From an uncultured Clostridia bacterium (lineage in GTDB: Bacteria; Bacillota; Clostridia; TANB77; CAG-508): 64,000 bases of DNA. The stretch covers positions 3,011-67,010 of the forward strand of contig CALXFG010000002.1 in assembly GCA_944387505.1 (NCBI GenBank), given 5' to 3'. This document shows, in pieces, positions 27,622 through 35,527 of this stretch. A program made the position numbers and the translations under genes. The notes under the pieces are model-generated. The model did no database searches. It was not told the DNA's origin and was given only the letters and a program-made list of their open reading frames with translations. Each line of letters opens with the position of its first letter. Within the stretch, counting starts at the first letter, position 1.

Positions 27622-27677
27622 TGTCCCATTGAGTTCGTTTGTCTATGGTCCCATTGAGATCGTTTGTCTATGCGACA
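27622..27677 (+). repeat. REP-like elements, two fused copies (27622-27648 truncated; 27649-27677 with hybrid arms)
   Basis: TGTCCCATTGAGTTCGTTTGTCTATGG followed directly by TCCCATTGAGATCGTTTGTCTATGCGACA. Confidence 0.85.
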
Positions 27678-27791
27678 TTAATAGTATACTACTTTTTTCT
27701 TGAAATTAAAAGTTTTTTTATATAATTTATTTTACTTTTTTCTATACTTATGATATAATTTAGCAAATTATCAAAGTAAGGAGTGCTATTT

Positions 27792-28334
27792 ATGAGTTCA
27801 AATTCAAATAATAATACTACTACTTTGGCTGAAAATAAGGTATTAATCCTATATATTTTAAATCTAATTGATGGAGATATTATACAAGATGGATTGTTTA
27901 AAATTATTTCTTCGATTAATAACTTGAATTATTTTTATTTTAAACAAATCTTGACAGATTTAATTGATTCAAAGCTAGTAGGTGTTTATACAAAAGAAGA
28001 TGAACAAGTATTAAGAATCACTAGTGAAGGAAAAAATGCGTACACTTTAACAAAAGATGTTATGCCTGGAATATTAAAATTAAAAGCAGATAGTGTTTTC
28101 AAAAAAGAGTTTTCTAATATTGAGGAGGCTTCTTCAGTAATTGCTGAATTTACTCCAAAGGATGAAAACAATTATACTGTAACCTTAAAAATTGTGGAAA
28201 ATAATGAAACTATTTTTGAAGTTAAAACTTATGCCGGTTCAAGAGAAAGAGCAAAGAAAATTGTGGAAAATTGGAAAAATCATGCTAATACGATTTATCC
28301 AAATATTTTAAGTATTTTATTTGAAGAAAATTAA
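27792..28334 (+). CDS. DUF4364-family protein (putative wHTH regulator)
   Basis: RBS AAGGAG before ATG 27792. LAENKVLILYILNLIDGDI resembles the DUF4364 N-terminus. This is from memory and was not searched. Confidence 0.55.
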   Translation: MSSNSNNNTTTLAENKVLILYILNLIDGDIIQDGLFKIISSINNLNYFYFKQILTDLIDSKLVGVYTKEDEQVLRITSEGKNAYTLTKDVMPGILKLKADSVFKKEFSNIEEASSVIAEFTPKDENNYTVTLKIVENNETIFEVKTYAGSRERAKKIVENWKNHANTIYPNILSILFEEN

Positions 28335-28340
28335 ACCAAA

Positions 28341-28406
28341 TGTCGCATTAGGATCTGATCCCAATGCGACATTTTTGGGACAATTGGGATCAGATCCCAA
28401 TTGTCC
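28341..28406. repeat. REP-related palindromes: TGTCGCATTAGGATCTGATCCCAATGCGACA (28341-28371) and GGGACAATTGGGATCAGATCCCAATTGTCC (28377-28406)
   Basis: Read directly. They lie between convergent genes and are probably a bidirectional terminator. Confidence 0.85.
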
Positions 28407-28418
28407 TTTTTCCTATTC

Positions 28419-30098
28419 CTAGAATATCGTCATTCTAAATCCAATACTCCAATAAGTTTGATCACTAGTATTATTGCTTCTACTATTTACACTTAGTTCA
28501 GAAGAAGAACTACTCTCATATGATCCACCTCTGATGACACATGGTTGAGAACTTATATTTGAATTTTCCAAAGTCCATTCCCAAACATTTCCTGCTAAGT
28601 CGAATATACTTTGTTTGCCAAATGCACTATTTGCTCCTGTTGATAATAAGACAGATCTTGCTGAAGTTTTATCATAAGGTGCCTCTTGCCACTGCGAACC
28701 ATTATTTAATGAATATTGTGCACCTGCATTTACAATAGTATATATACTTGATTGATAATTTCCCCAAGATGTACTATTATTCCTTAATTGTGATTGAATT
28801 GTACCAATTGCGGTTCCTTGGTCTACTGCTTTTGCTTCTATATATTTTTGTACTAAATCCCATTGAATACCAAATAGTAAACTTCCTGAATATCCATTGG
28901 TTCCAGCTTTACTTGCCAAAGTCTGTGCCTCACTACAAGTTACCCAATTGATTGGATATTGATTTGCTTTTGACATTGGAACGATATCTGCAATAGATGT
29001 ATGTCCATTTCTCTTTACACTTGTTCCTGCTTCATATCTTGATATGTAGAAACCTCCATGTTGATAAACACTCTTTAACATTTTATGTTTCAATTCTGTA
29101 TATTCACTGCTTGATAATCCTGTTGCCCCATCTGAAGAATATGTATCACTTGCAGAAGTTCCATTTCTATATGTTGAAGCATAAGTATGTAAATCATTTT
29201 CAATATTTTGATAATCTTCATCTGTAAAATCTTTTATACTGATACCTGCTGTTGGATATACACTTGCTAGTTTTGGTACCTCTATCCATACATATTCATT
29301 TCCAGCTGAATCTTGAATAATTAATCCTGTTTCTAATGTTGTTCCTTCTACTTGTTTAAAATCAGAACTTGGTAAATATGGTCTCGTACCAGGTCCATTT
29401 GGTAGATTTCCTGTTCCTCCAATAATTTCATCATTAGCTTGATATGAATCAATACTTAATTTAATGTCCATAGCTGAAACAGCATCTGGATTATCTGTAA
29501 AGTATTTTCCTACTATATAGCCCCACTCTGTATCTAATTCATCATTATCACCAGGCCATTTAGCTGTAACCTTTAAATAGGCATCATCCTTTGCTGCTAC
29601 TTGCAGAGAATGTTCAATTTCCAATGTGAATGGGAATTTATCCGGATCATTTATGATAATACCTTTGGATATGAGTTCTCCTGTTTCTGGGTCTGACTCC
29701 AATGTTGGTTCTGCTATCGTGATATAATTCTCTGTCGTAGGTTGTTCCCCTTCTTGTACTAATTCATAAGATACCCCCACAATCGATATTGCTTGTATTC
29801 GGTAACTTAAATCTACTAATGCCTCTCCCTTATTTAAAATATCAACTGTAACGATTTGATCATCCATCTGAGGATATAATGTTGGAAACTCGATTCCAAT
29901 CGGATTTTCCTTTTTCTCTCCATTTATGTAATATTCCATGTCCCATGCTGCCACATGTATGTTTAAGCTTGGATTTAGTAGCTTTGTGTAGGCAAACCAT
30001 GCAAATGTTGTTAAAATAAGGGTAAAAATAAGTAATAAAGATTTTTTGATTCTATTATTTTGATTTGACTTTCTATGCTTACGCAATATATTACTCAT
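28419..30098 (-). CDS. Secreted fusion protein: SipW-cognate-like signal, then a TasA/camelysin-like N-domain, then a C-terminal FGE-sulfatase (SUMF1) family domain
   Basis: Signal: SLLLIFTLILTTFAWFAYTK. The N-domain is paralogous to 33041-33733 (WDMEYYI/WDVRYYV; LYPQMDD/LYPGMPD). C-terminal FGE-family motifs: GGFYISRYEAG, AGNVWEWTLE, VIRGGSYESS, IGFRMTIF. The start is trimmed to MSNILRKH behind the RBS AAAGGAGGG. The track start 30158 is in a REP. Confidence 0.75.
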   Translation of the reverse strand: MSNILRKHRKSNQNNRIKKSLLLIFTLILTTFAWFAYTKLLNPSLNIHVAAWDMEYYINGEKKENPIGIEFPTLYPQMDDQIVTVDILNKGEALVDLSYRIQAISIVGVSYELVQEGEQPTTENYITIAEPTLESDPETGELISKGIIINDPDKFPFTLEIEHSLQVAAKDDAYLKVTAKWPGDNDELDTEWGYIVGKYFTDNPDAVSAMDIKLSIDSYQANDEIIGGTGNLPNGPGTRPYLPSSDFKQVEGTTLETGLIIQDSAGNEYVWIEVPKLASVYPTAGISIKDFTDEDYQNIENDLHTYASTYRNGTSASDTYSSDGATGLSSSEYTELKHKMLKSVYQHGGFYISRYEAGTSVKRNGHTSIADIVPMSKANQYPINWVTCSEAQTLASKAGTNGYSGSLLFGIQWDLVQKYIEAKAVDQGTAIGTIQSQLRNNSTSWGNYQSSIYTIVNAGAQYSLNNGSQWQEAPYDKTSARSVLLSTGANSAFGKQSIFDLAGNVWEWTLENSNISSQPCVIRGGSYESSSSSELSVNSRSNNTSDQTYWSIGFRMTIF

Positions 30099-30131
30099 AT
30101 GTATTTTTCCCTCCTTTTTTCCTTTGTGTTT

Positions 30132-30214
30132 TGTCCTATTGAGATCGTTTTGTCCCATTGAGTTCGTTTTTCAACGGGACATTAATCCCATTGAGTTCGT
30201 TTTTCAACGGGACA
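30132..30214 (+). repeat. REP-like array: one truncated plus two full copies
   Basis: TGTCCTATTGAGATCGTTT, then TGTCCCATTGAGTTCGTTTTTCAACGGGACA (30151-30181), then TCCCATTGAGTTCGTTTTTCAACGGGACA (30186-30214). Confidence 0.9.
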
Positions 30215-30402
30215 TTAATCATTTGTCACTTTTAATTGTACTTCTTTATTCAATAAATTTCCTCTTTCATTTTACTAAATTTTTCTTTTTTCTTCAACTA
30301 TTTCTTGTCATTTTTTGAAATTTTATATAGCTTTTTCTTACTGCTTAAGACTAATGAATCATAAATTTTTGATTAAGTGAAAACTTAATATTTTGACAAA
30401 AA

Positions 30403-30464
30403 CCCACAGAAAAACGATCTCTATGGGACAAAATGTCCCGCAGAAAAACGATCTCTATGGGACA
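30403..30464 (-). repeat. REP-like array, 2 copies in the opposite orientation
   Basis: CCCACAGAAAAACGATCTCTATGGGACA (30403-30430) and TGTCCCGCAGAAAAACGATCTCTATGGGACA (30434-30464). Confidence 0.9.
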
Positions 30465-30556
30465 AAAAGAACCATAATTACCAATCATATTTGGTAATTA
30501 CAGTTCTTTTAATAGTATAATAACTTAAATAACTTTAATAACTTTATAATTTACTA

Positions 30557-31810
30557 TTATGTTGATTCTTCATCATCTTCATCATCTGCTGATCCTGGTT
30601 TGCTTAATCCAACGTCAATTGTTAATCCTCCACCTAGTGAAGCATAGTTGATACAGTCAACGTCTTGTCCTTCTAGCCATACATACATTCTCATGTGGAT
30701 ATATTTACCTGGTGCTATTGCAAAATCAGTTGAACCGTCTGTAACACTCTTTAATTGAACTGGACTTGCACCTACACCTGTATTAGGTGTTGTAACTGTG
30801 TTTTGTTTTACTAATCCATTCGTTGCTGCTCCTGTATCCCAATCATATATATTTGTTATAGTTTTTCCAACAGATGTTGTTGTTAAAGCATAAGTAGGTA
30901 ATTTTGCCTCTGCTGTAAATTTGCCATTTGCACCTACAATAGTGTTGCTTGGGTTATCTGCACTTGAAAGTTTTAGTCTGTTATTGTTTTGTACAATGTA
31001 ATCAACATGTGCTGCATATTTTGTTACTGCTGGACTAGGCTCTCCACTTGTTTGTTGTGCACCACTTGCATTTGGTTCCCAAATAGCTACATCTGTTATT
31101 GTACGAGCATCACCAGTAGTAGCTGCTAATATTTTAGCTTGATCTGGTGTGTTACTAACTAATGTATCATTAGCTAAAGATGATTCTTCATCATATATAG
31201 CAAATGCTACTCTTAGTGTGTTTTGTAAACCTGTTGCTTCTTTTGCTAATCCGCCATCTAATGTAATTGCTGAATTTGTTTCAAGTCTAAGTAAGTCATT
31301 TTGGTTGCCTGTAATAGCTGTTTGTGATGAAGAGTTTTGTAAGAAGAAGTCAATTGCATAAAATCCTTTTTCCGCTCCAGTCTCATCTGTTGTCATATTT
31401 TTTATATCCTTTAATACAATTCCTGATTCGTTTGTTCCCCTATACATGTTTAAGTCTTTTTCTCCAATACCTTCATCTTGTTTTGCTGTTGTAGAAACTG
31501 GTAGTAATTCAGTTGGTATTAAATTTGTACGACCATCATAAGGGTTTGCTAGTGATTTTCCATCTTCTAGGAATTTTTCTACTTCACCTTCTGTTAAACT
31601 AATTTCATTTGCCCAGTTTAAAGCATCTAATGAAATTTGTAAACCTTCAGCTACATTTACTTTACCTTTTAGTCCACTTAATGTTACGTTTTTCTGCGTA
31701 GAGAACCACGCATATGTTGATACAATCAATAAGATTGCTGTAAATGCTACTAATAAAATTAATGCATTTAATCTTTTTCTTGAGTTTCTTTGAATGTTTT
31801 CTTCTCTCAT
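30557..31810 (-). CDS. Secreted protein with a SipW-cognate-like signal (417 aa). Paralog of 31899-32684. Acidic C-terminal tail.
   Basis: Signal: ALILLVAFTAILLIVSTYAWFSTQKN. C-terminal motif MRMYVWLEGQDVDCINYASLGGGLTIDV, shared with its neighbour. Confidence 0.7.
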   Translation of the reverse strand: MREENIQRNSRKRLNALILLVAFTAILLIVSTYAWFSTQKNVTLSGLKGKVNVAEGLQISLDALNWANEISLTEGEVEKFLEDGKSLANPYDGRTNLIPTELLPVSTTAKQDEGIGEKDLNMYRGTNESGIVLKDIKNMTTDETGAEKGFYAIDFFLQNSSSQTAITGNQNDLLRLETNSAITLDGGLAKEATGLQNTLRVAFAIYDEESSLANDTLVSNTPDQAKILAATTGDARTITDVAIWEPNASGAQQTSGEPSPAVTKYAAHVDYIVQNNNRLKLSSADNPSNTIVGANGKFTAEAKLPTYALTTTSVGKTITNIYDWDTGAATNGLVKQNTVTTPNTGVGASPVQLKSVTDGSTDFAIAPGKYIHMRMYVWLEGQDVDCINYASLGGGLTIDVGLSKPGSADDEDDEEST

Positions 31811-31898
31811 TTCTTTTTCCCTTTCTTTCTTTAATTTTTAATTTATATAAAAAACTTATAAACATTTTCATCTTTTGTGGTTTATTCACAAAAGTTTT

Positions 31899-32684
31899 TT
31901 ATCTTTCATCTTGTGGTGTTTCGTCTTCTTGTAAGATATGTTCTTCTGTAAGGGTCATATGCATTTTGATTTCTCCACCTATCAAGTCATCTAAACACTC
32001 AGGATCATCTCCCTCTACCCAAATGACAACTGTCCATTTATCGACATCTCCCACCTCAAAATTTTCTGTAAAATCTAACATGACGGTATCTTCATCTTTA
32101 AAAGGTGTTGTTTCTGGTTCAGGTTCTCCTGTTTCTCTGTTATTTTTCGCATAAACCGTTCTTTCGCCATTTTTAAAGACCATAACTCTGATTGCTTCAT
32201 CTACATTTTTTACGACATCATCTATTTTTATGGTTGTCCAGTAATTAATCGTGTCTTGTCCCATATTTTCCGCATAAAATGTATATGCTATATAATTTCT
32301 ACCATTATGTGATCCATTTCCTTCATTGTCTATATCTTCTGGCAACCAATCTATTGAAATGTCTGTGAAAAACTCTATATCTTGTGATCTTAAAAATGTT
32401 CTTGTATATTTATTATTAGGGTCTTCATATATGACCAATCCACTTTCTCTTCCATATTCACTATCCAGTGTTACAGTAAAGTTTTCTCCCCTATAAAATA
32501 TGGCCAATATGATATATACATTAATTAAGAGTAATACAATCAGTACTAAAAATATTTCAAAAGCAATACGTCTTTTATTTTTTCTTTTTTCCTTTTTTGC
32601 CTTCTTTTCTAGTTTTTCACCAATTGTTGCTTCATCAATTTGTTCTTCTAATGTTGGTGTATTGGTTGTTTCTTCATTTGCCAT
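31899..32684 (-). CDS. Membrane-anchored paralog of 30557-31810 (261 aa) with a cytoplasmic K/E-rich N-tail
   Basis: RBS AGGTGAG. TM segment: IAFEIFLVLIVLLLINVYIILAIF. Shared motifs: IRVMVF / LRVAFA, and VVIWVEGDDPECLDDLIGGEIKMHM. Confidence 0.7.
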   Translation of the reverse strand: MANEETTNTPTLEEQIDEATIGEKLEKKAKKEKRKNKRRIAFEIFLVLIVLLLINVYIILAIFYRGENFTVTLDSEYGRESGLVIYEDPNNKYTRTFLRSQDIEFFTDISIDWLPEDIDNEGNGSHNGRNYIAYTFYAENMGQDTINYWTTIKIDDVVKNVDEAIRVMVFKNGERTVYAKNNRETGEPEPETTPFKDEDTVMLDFTENFEVGDVDKWTVVIWVEGDDPECLDDLIGGEIKMHMTLTEEHILQEDETPQDER

Positions 32685-32835
32685 AATCTCACCTAGCTTT
32701 TCAAAATACTTTTTCTACATATTATACTAAAATTATACCCAGTCTTCTATTTTTTGTCAACGAATTTGTTATTACATTTTTATTACATTTTTGTTACAAT
32801 TTTCCTGTTTATTTACCATTTTATTACTTCTTTAT

Positions 32836-33023
32836 CAGTCAACGGATTGTATATTTATTTTGAATAAATGGCGAATGCGATTGGAGTACTTGTAGCCTTT
32901 CTTATGATAAATTAAATGAGGAAGCGCGAGCAGCGAGAGGCTCGTTTAATTTATCGCTAGAAAGGCTAAAGTATGTATTGAGCCGAGGAATTTATGAAAA
33001 ATAAATATACAATACGTTGACTG
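32836..33023. repeat. 188-nt composite palindrome (rod-like hairpin, or MITE-like with 26-nt terminal inverted repeats)
   Basis: The outer arms 32836-32861 and 32998-33023 match 25/26. The inner stems are TAGCCTTTCT/TAGAAAGGCTA and GATAAATTAAA/TTTAATTTATC (11/11). The apex is GC-rich: GAAGCGCGAGCAGCGAGAGG. Confidence 0.75.
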
Positions 33024-33040
33024 TAAGCAATTGTCATGTA

Positions 33041-33733
33041 TTATGGATGAATCATTGAACTTGTTATTTTTACTGTTATTTCTATTGCCTTTGAAGGATC
33101 ATTTGCTTCATCTTGATAATACGCATAAGCCCCTTTACCAAATTGTGTATCCAATATATCTTTCGCTAGATTTTCATCCTCTGTTCCATTTCCTTGATAT
33201 TCCCAACTAGCATGGAACTGAAAAGTTCCTCCAGCAGCTGGTGTTGTTGTATCATCAACATATTCTCCGTCTAATCTTGTTTTATCATATGTATAGCTGA
33301 TATTAAAAGGATATTTGGTATCATCTGCAAATATATTGATTGTATTACCATCAGTCTGAATGATACCATCTTCTTTTAGTTTGTCTAACACATCTTGACC
33401 AAAAACCTTAACTGAGGTTAATTCATATTTTATACTAGTACTTGTTGTACTCATGTTAAAAATTCGTACGGTATCTTCTCTATCAGGCATTCCTGGATAT
33501 AATTGATCTATGGTGAATGTAACTGTTTCGTCTAATACTTCTTTATCATCTACATAATATCGAACATCCCATGGTGTTATGTTCGCCTCTAATCCACTCA
33601 TATTAACTGGTTGATTTGCTTGAAACCACGCAAAGGTATTTATTATTAATATTACAGAAAATACCGAAATTAGTAAAATTCTAGCTGGTAAACTTCGCTT
33701 TTTAATTCGTCTAAATTCACGTAATATATTCAT
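33041..33733 (-). CDS. TasA/camelysin-like secreted protein with a SipW-cognate-like signal (230 aa)
   Basis: RBS GGAGG. Signal: ILLISVFSVILIINTFAWFQANQP. Paralogous to the N-domain of 28419-30098. Confidence 0.7.
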   Translation of the reverse strand: MNILREFRRIKKRSLPARILLISVFSVILIINTFAWFQANQPVNMSGLEANITPWDVRYYVDDKEVLDETVTFTIDQLYPGMPDREDTVRIFNMSTTSTSIKYELTSVKVFGQDVLDKLKEDGIIQTDGNTINIFADDTKYPFNISYTYDKTRLDGEYVDDTTTPAAGGTFQFHASWEYQGNGTEDENLAKDILDTQFGKGAYAYYQDEANDPSKAIEITVKITSSMIHP

Positions 33734-33762
33734 AAAACCTCCATCCTATCATTTGTTTTTTT

Positions 33763-34794
33763 CTAGTTTTCCCCTTTTTTCTTTTGTGTGTTTGTGTTCT
33801 TCTTTGTAGATTTCCTTGTGCTGGTATTCTTCTTTGTCCCTGTATTTGTATTCTTTTTGGTAGTCGACTTTGTATTTGTATTTGTCTTTTTGTTTTTCCT
33901 AGTGTTTGTTTTTGTATGTACATTTGTTGTCTTGGTTCCTGTTTTTGTATGGGTTGTCTTTGTATTTGTCGTCTTTGTGTTATTTGTTTTCTTATCGTCA
34001 CTTAACATCTGTTTCATTTGTTCATATATCATTTGTTCATGTGTGCTCTTTTCCAAATCTTCCTGATTATCTTTTGATTCTTCTTCCATGTAGATTTCAT
34101 GATCAGAGATGTCCTCTGTTTCTTCTATATCATCATTTTCCTCTTCATCATAATCTTCTATCTCTTCCTCTGTTTCTTCATCATAAAACGCCTCATCTAT
34201 ATCATTGCTTATATTGGCAATTCGTTTTACTTTGCGTTTTTTGGTTTTTTTAGGTGTATTAAATGCTATAAATACATTCAATACCAAAATGATAATGATG
34301 AAAAATATAGAATATATATTTGTTGCTAAATTATACAATACTGTCAAAATATTAGATTTATATTTTACAACACCATATACTTGTTCTTCACTAATTTGAG
34401 GGTCTTCAACACTATTACTTTGTAAACCTTTAGCATGGAAAGTCAAATTTCCATTTTCATCTGTATCAATTCCAACAACATTGTGCATGATGATTTTTCC
34501 TGCATATTCGCCAGTTTTACCTAAATACACAATATCATCTCCTACTTGAATATTTTTAGGATTCACTTCTTTACTGATTACCACTTCTCCTACTTCATAT
34601 TCAGGCTCCATACTTCCAGTAACAACTCTAAATATTTTATATCCACCTATTGATCCATTACTATTTGTCACTCTTTGCAGAACAATTACCATTGTTAAAA
34701 TTAACGCCATGACAACAATTATTTGGTATAATATAATGAATACAATCTTTATGATATTTTTTGTATTACGTTTTGATTTATTATCCTCCCTCAT
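33763..34794 (-). CDS. SipW-type (S26B, ER/archaeal-type) signal peptidase I paralog with a ~170-aa acidic plus K/T/N-rich C-terminal tail
   Basis: Boxes: FRVVTGSMEPEYEVGEVV, IIMHNVVGI, and HAKGLQSNSVEDP. After the C-terminal TM segment (IFFIIIILVLNVFIAF) come EETEEEIEDYDEEENDDIEETED and KKTNNTKTTNTKTTHTKTGTKTTN... Confidence 0.75.
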   Translation of the reverse strand: MREDNKSKRNTKNIIKIVFIILYQIIVVMALILTMVIVLQRVTNSNGSIGGYKIFRVVTGSMEPEYEVGEVVISKEVNPKNIQVGDDIVYLGKTGEYAGKIIMHNVVGIDTDENGNLTFHAKGLQSNSVEDPQISEEQVYGVVKYKSNILTVLYNLATNIYSIFFIIIILVLNVFIAFNTPKKTKKRKVKRIANISNDIDEAFYDEETEEEIEDYDEEENDDIEETEDISDHEIYMEEESKDNQEDLEKSTHEQMIYEQMKQMLSDDKKTNNTKTTNTKTTHTKTGTKTTNVHTKTNTRKNKKTNTNTKSTTKKNTNTGTKKNTSTRKSTKKNTNTQKKKGEN

Positions 34795-34797
34795 AGC

Positions 34798-35421
34798 TTA
34801 ACCTTCTATCTTATAATTATCTCTCAATTTTTTTATTTCATATTTTTTTCTTTTGATTTTACGATTATTTATCTTATTGTCTCTAGAATTAACAAGTATG
34901 CATATAATCACGATCAGAATACATATATTCATAAATCCTCTTACATTTTGTATGTAATTGACGAATTTTCCTATTTTCGGAATAATCCAGACAACTTTAC
35001 CATATATATTCTGTATATCTACTGGTTCTGTATCTACTACTTTATTATTATCCCCCTTAGTAATAATCTGTTTTTCTCCTTTTTCTGCTATCATTTCTGA
35101 TATCCTATGTGAAATGATTCTATCTTCTTGTTTAAATGTGATAATATCTCCAACTTTTAAATCTTCTATATTACAACTTTTTACAATTGCTAAATCATCC
35201 TTGCAAAATGTCGGCTCCATACTTTCAGAAATGATATTAAACATATATATTCCAAAAATATGTGTTTTTTCTTCTACTGATAATATTAAATTCACGATAA
35301 AAAGAACGATTAAACTAGTCAGTATAACAAATTTTATTACCTTTTTGGTTCTTTTTTTATTTCTTATTTTGTGAGAAATTTTTTCAACATCATATTCCAA
35401 TTTTGCTCTCAGCTCCATCAT
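34798..35421 (-). CDS. sipW: SipW-type signal peptidase I (canonical boxes)
   Basis: ISESMEPTFCKDDLAIV, RIISHRISEM, TKGDNNKVVDTEP. The start is set at MMELRAKL (35421) because the track N-terminus (35422-35514) is the translation of a REP array. The RBS is weak, so the start is uncertain. Confidence 0.75.
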   Translation of the reverse strand: MMELRAKLEYDVEKISHKIRNKKRTKKVIKFVILTSLIVLFIVNLILSVEEKTHIFGIYMFNIISESMEPTFCKDDLAIVKSCNIEDLKVGDIITFKQEDRIISHRISEMIAEKGEKQIITKGDNNKVVDTEPVDIQNIYGKVVWIIPKIGKFVNYIQNVRGFMNICILIVIICILVNSRDNKINNRKIKRKKYEIKKLRDNYKIEG

Positions 35422-35427
35422 TTTCTT

Positions 35428-35526
35428 TTGTCTTATTGAGATCGTTTTTGTCCTATTGAGATCGTTTTTCTGTGGGACATTTTGTCCTATTAAGATCGTT
35501 TTTCTGTGGGACATGTCTATGCGACA
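35428..35526 (+). repeat. REP-like array: two full copies (35449-35479 and 35483-35513) plus two partial copies
   Basis: TGTCCTATTGAGATCGTTTTTCTGTGGGACA and TGTCCTATTAAGATCGTTTTTCTGTGGGACA, flanked by truncated copies. Confidence 0.9.
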
Positions 35527-35527
35527 T

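Noticed and set aside
33717-34399. ORF 33717-34001 (-) and several plus-strand ORFs (33784-34399) with C/F/V-rich products.
   Set aside because: They are out-of-frame or antisense readings of the low-complexity K/T and D/E tail of the SipW paralog 33763-34794.
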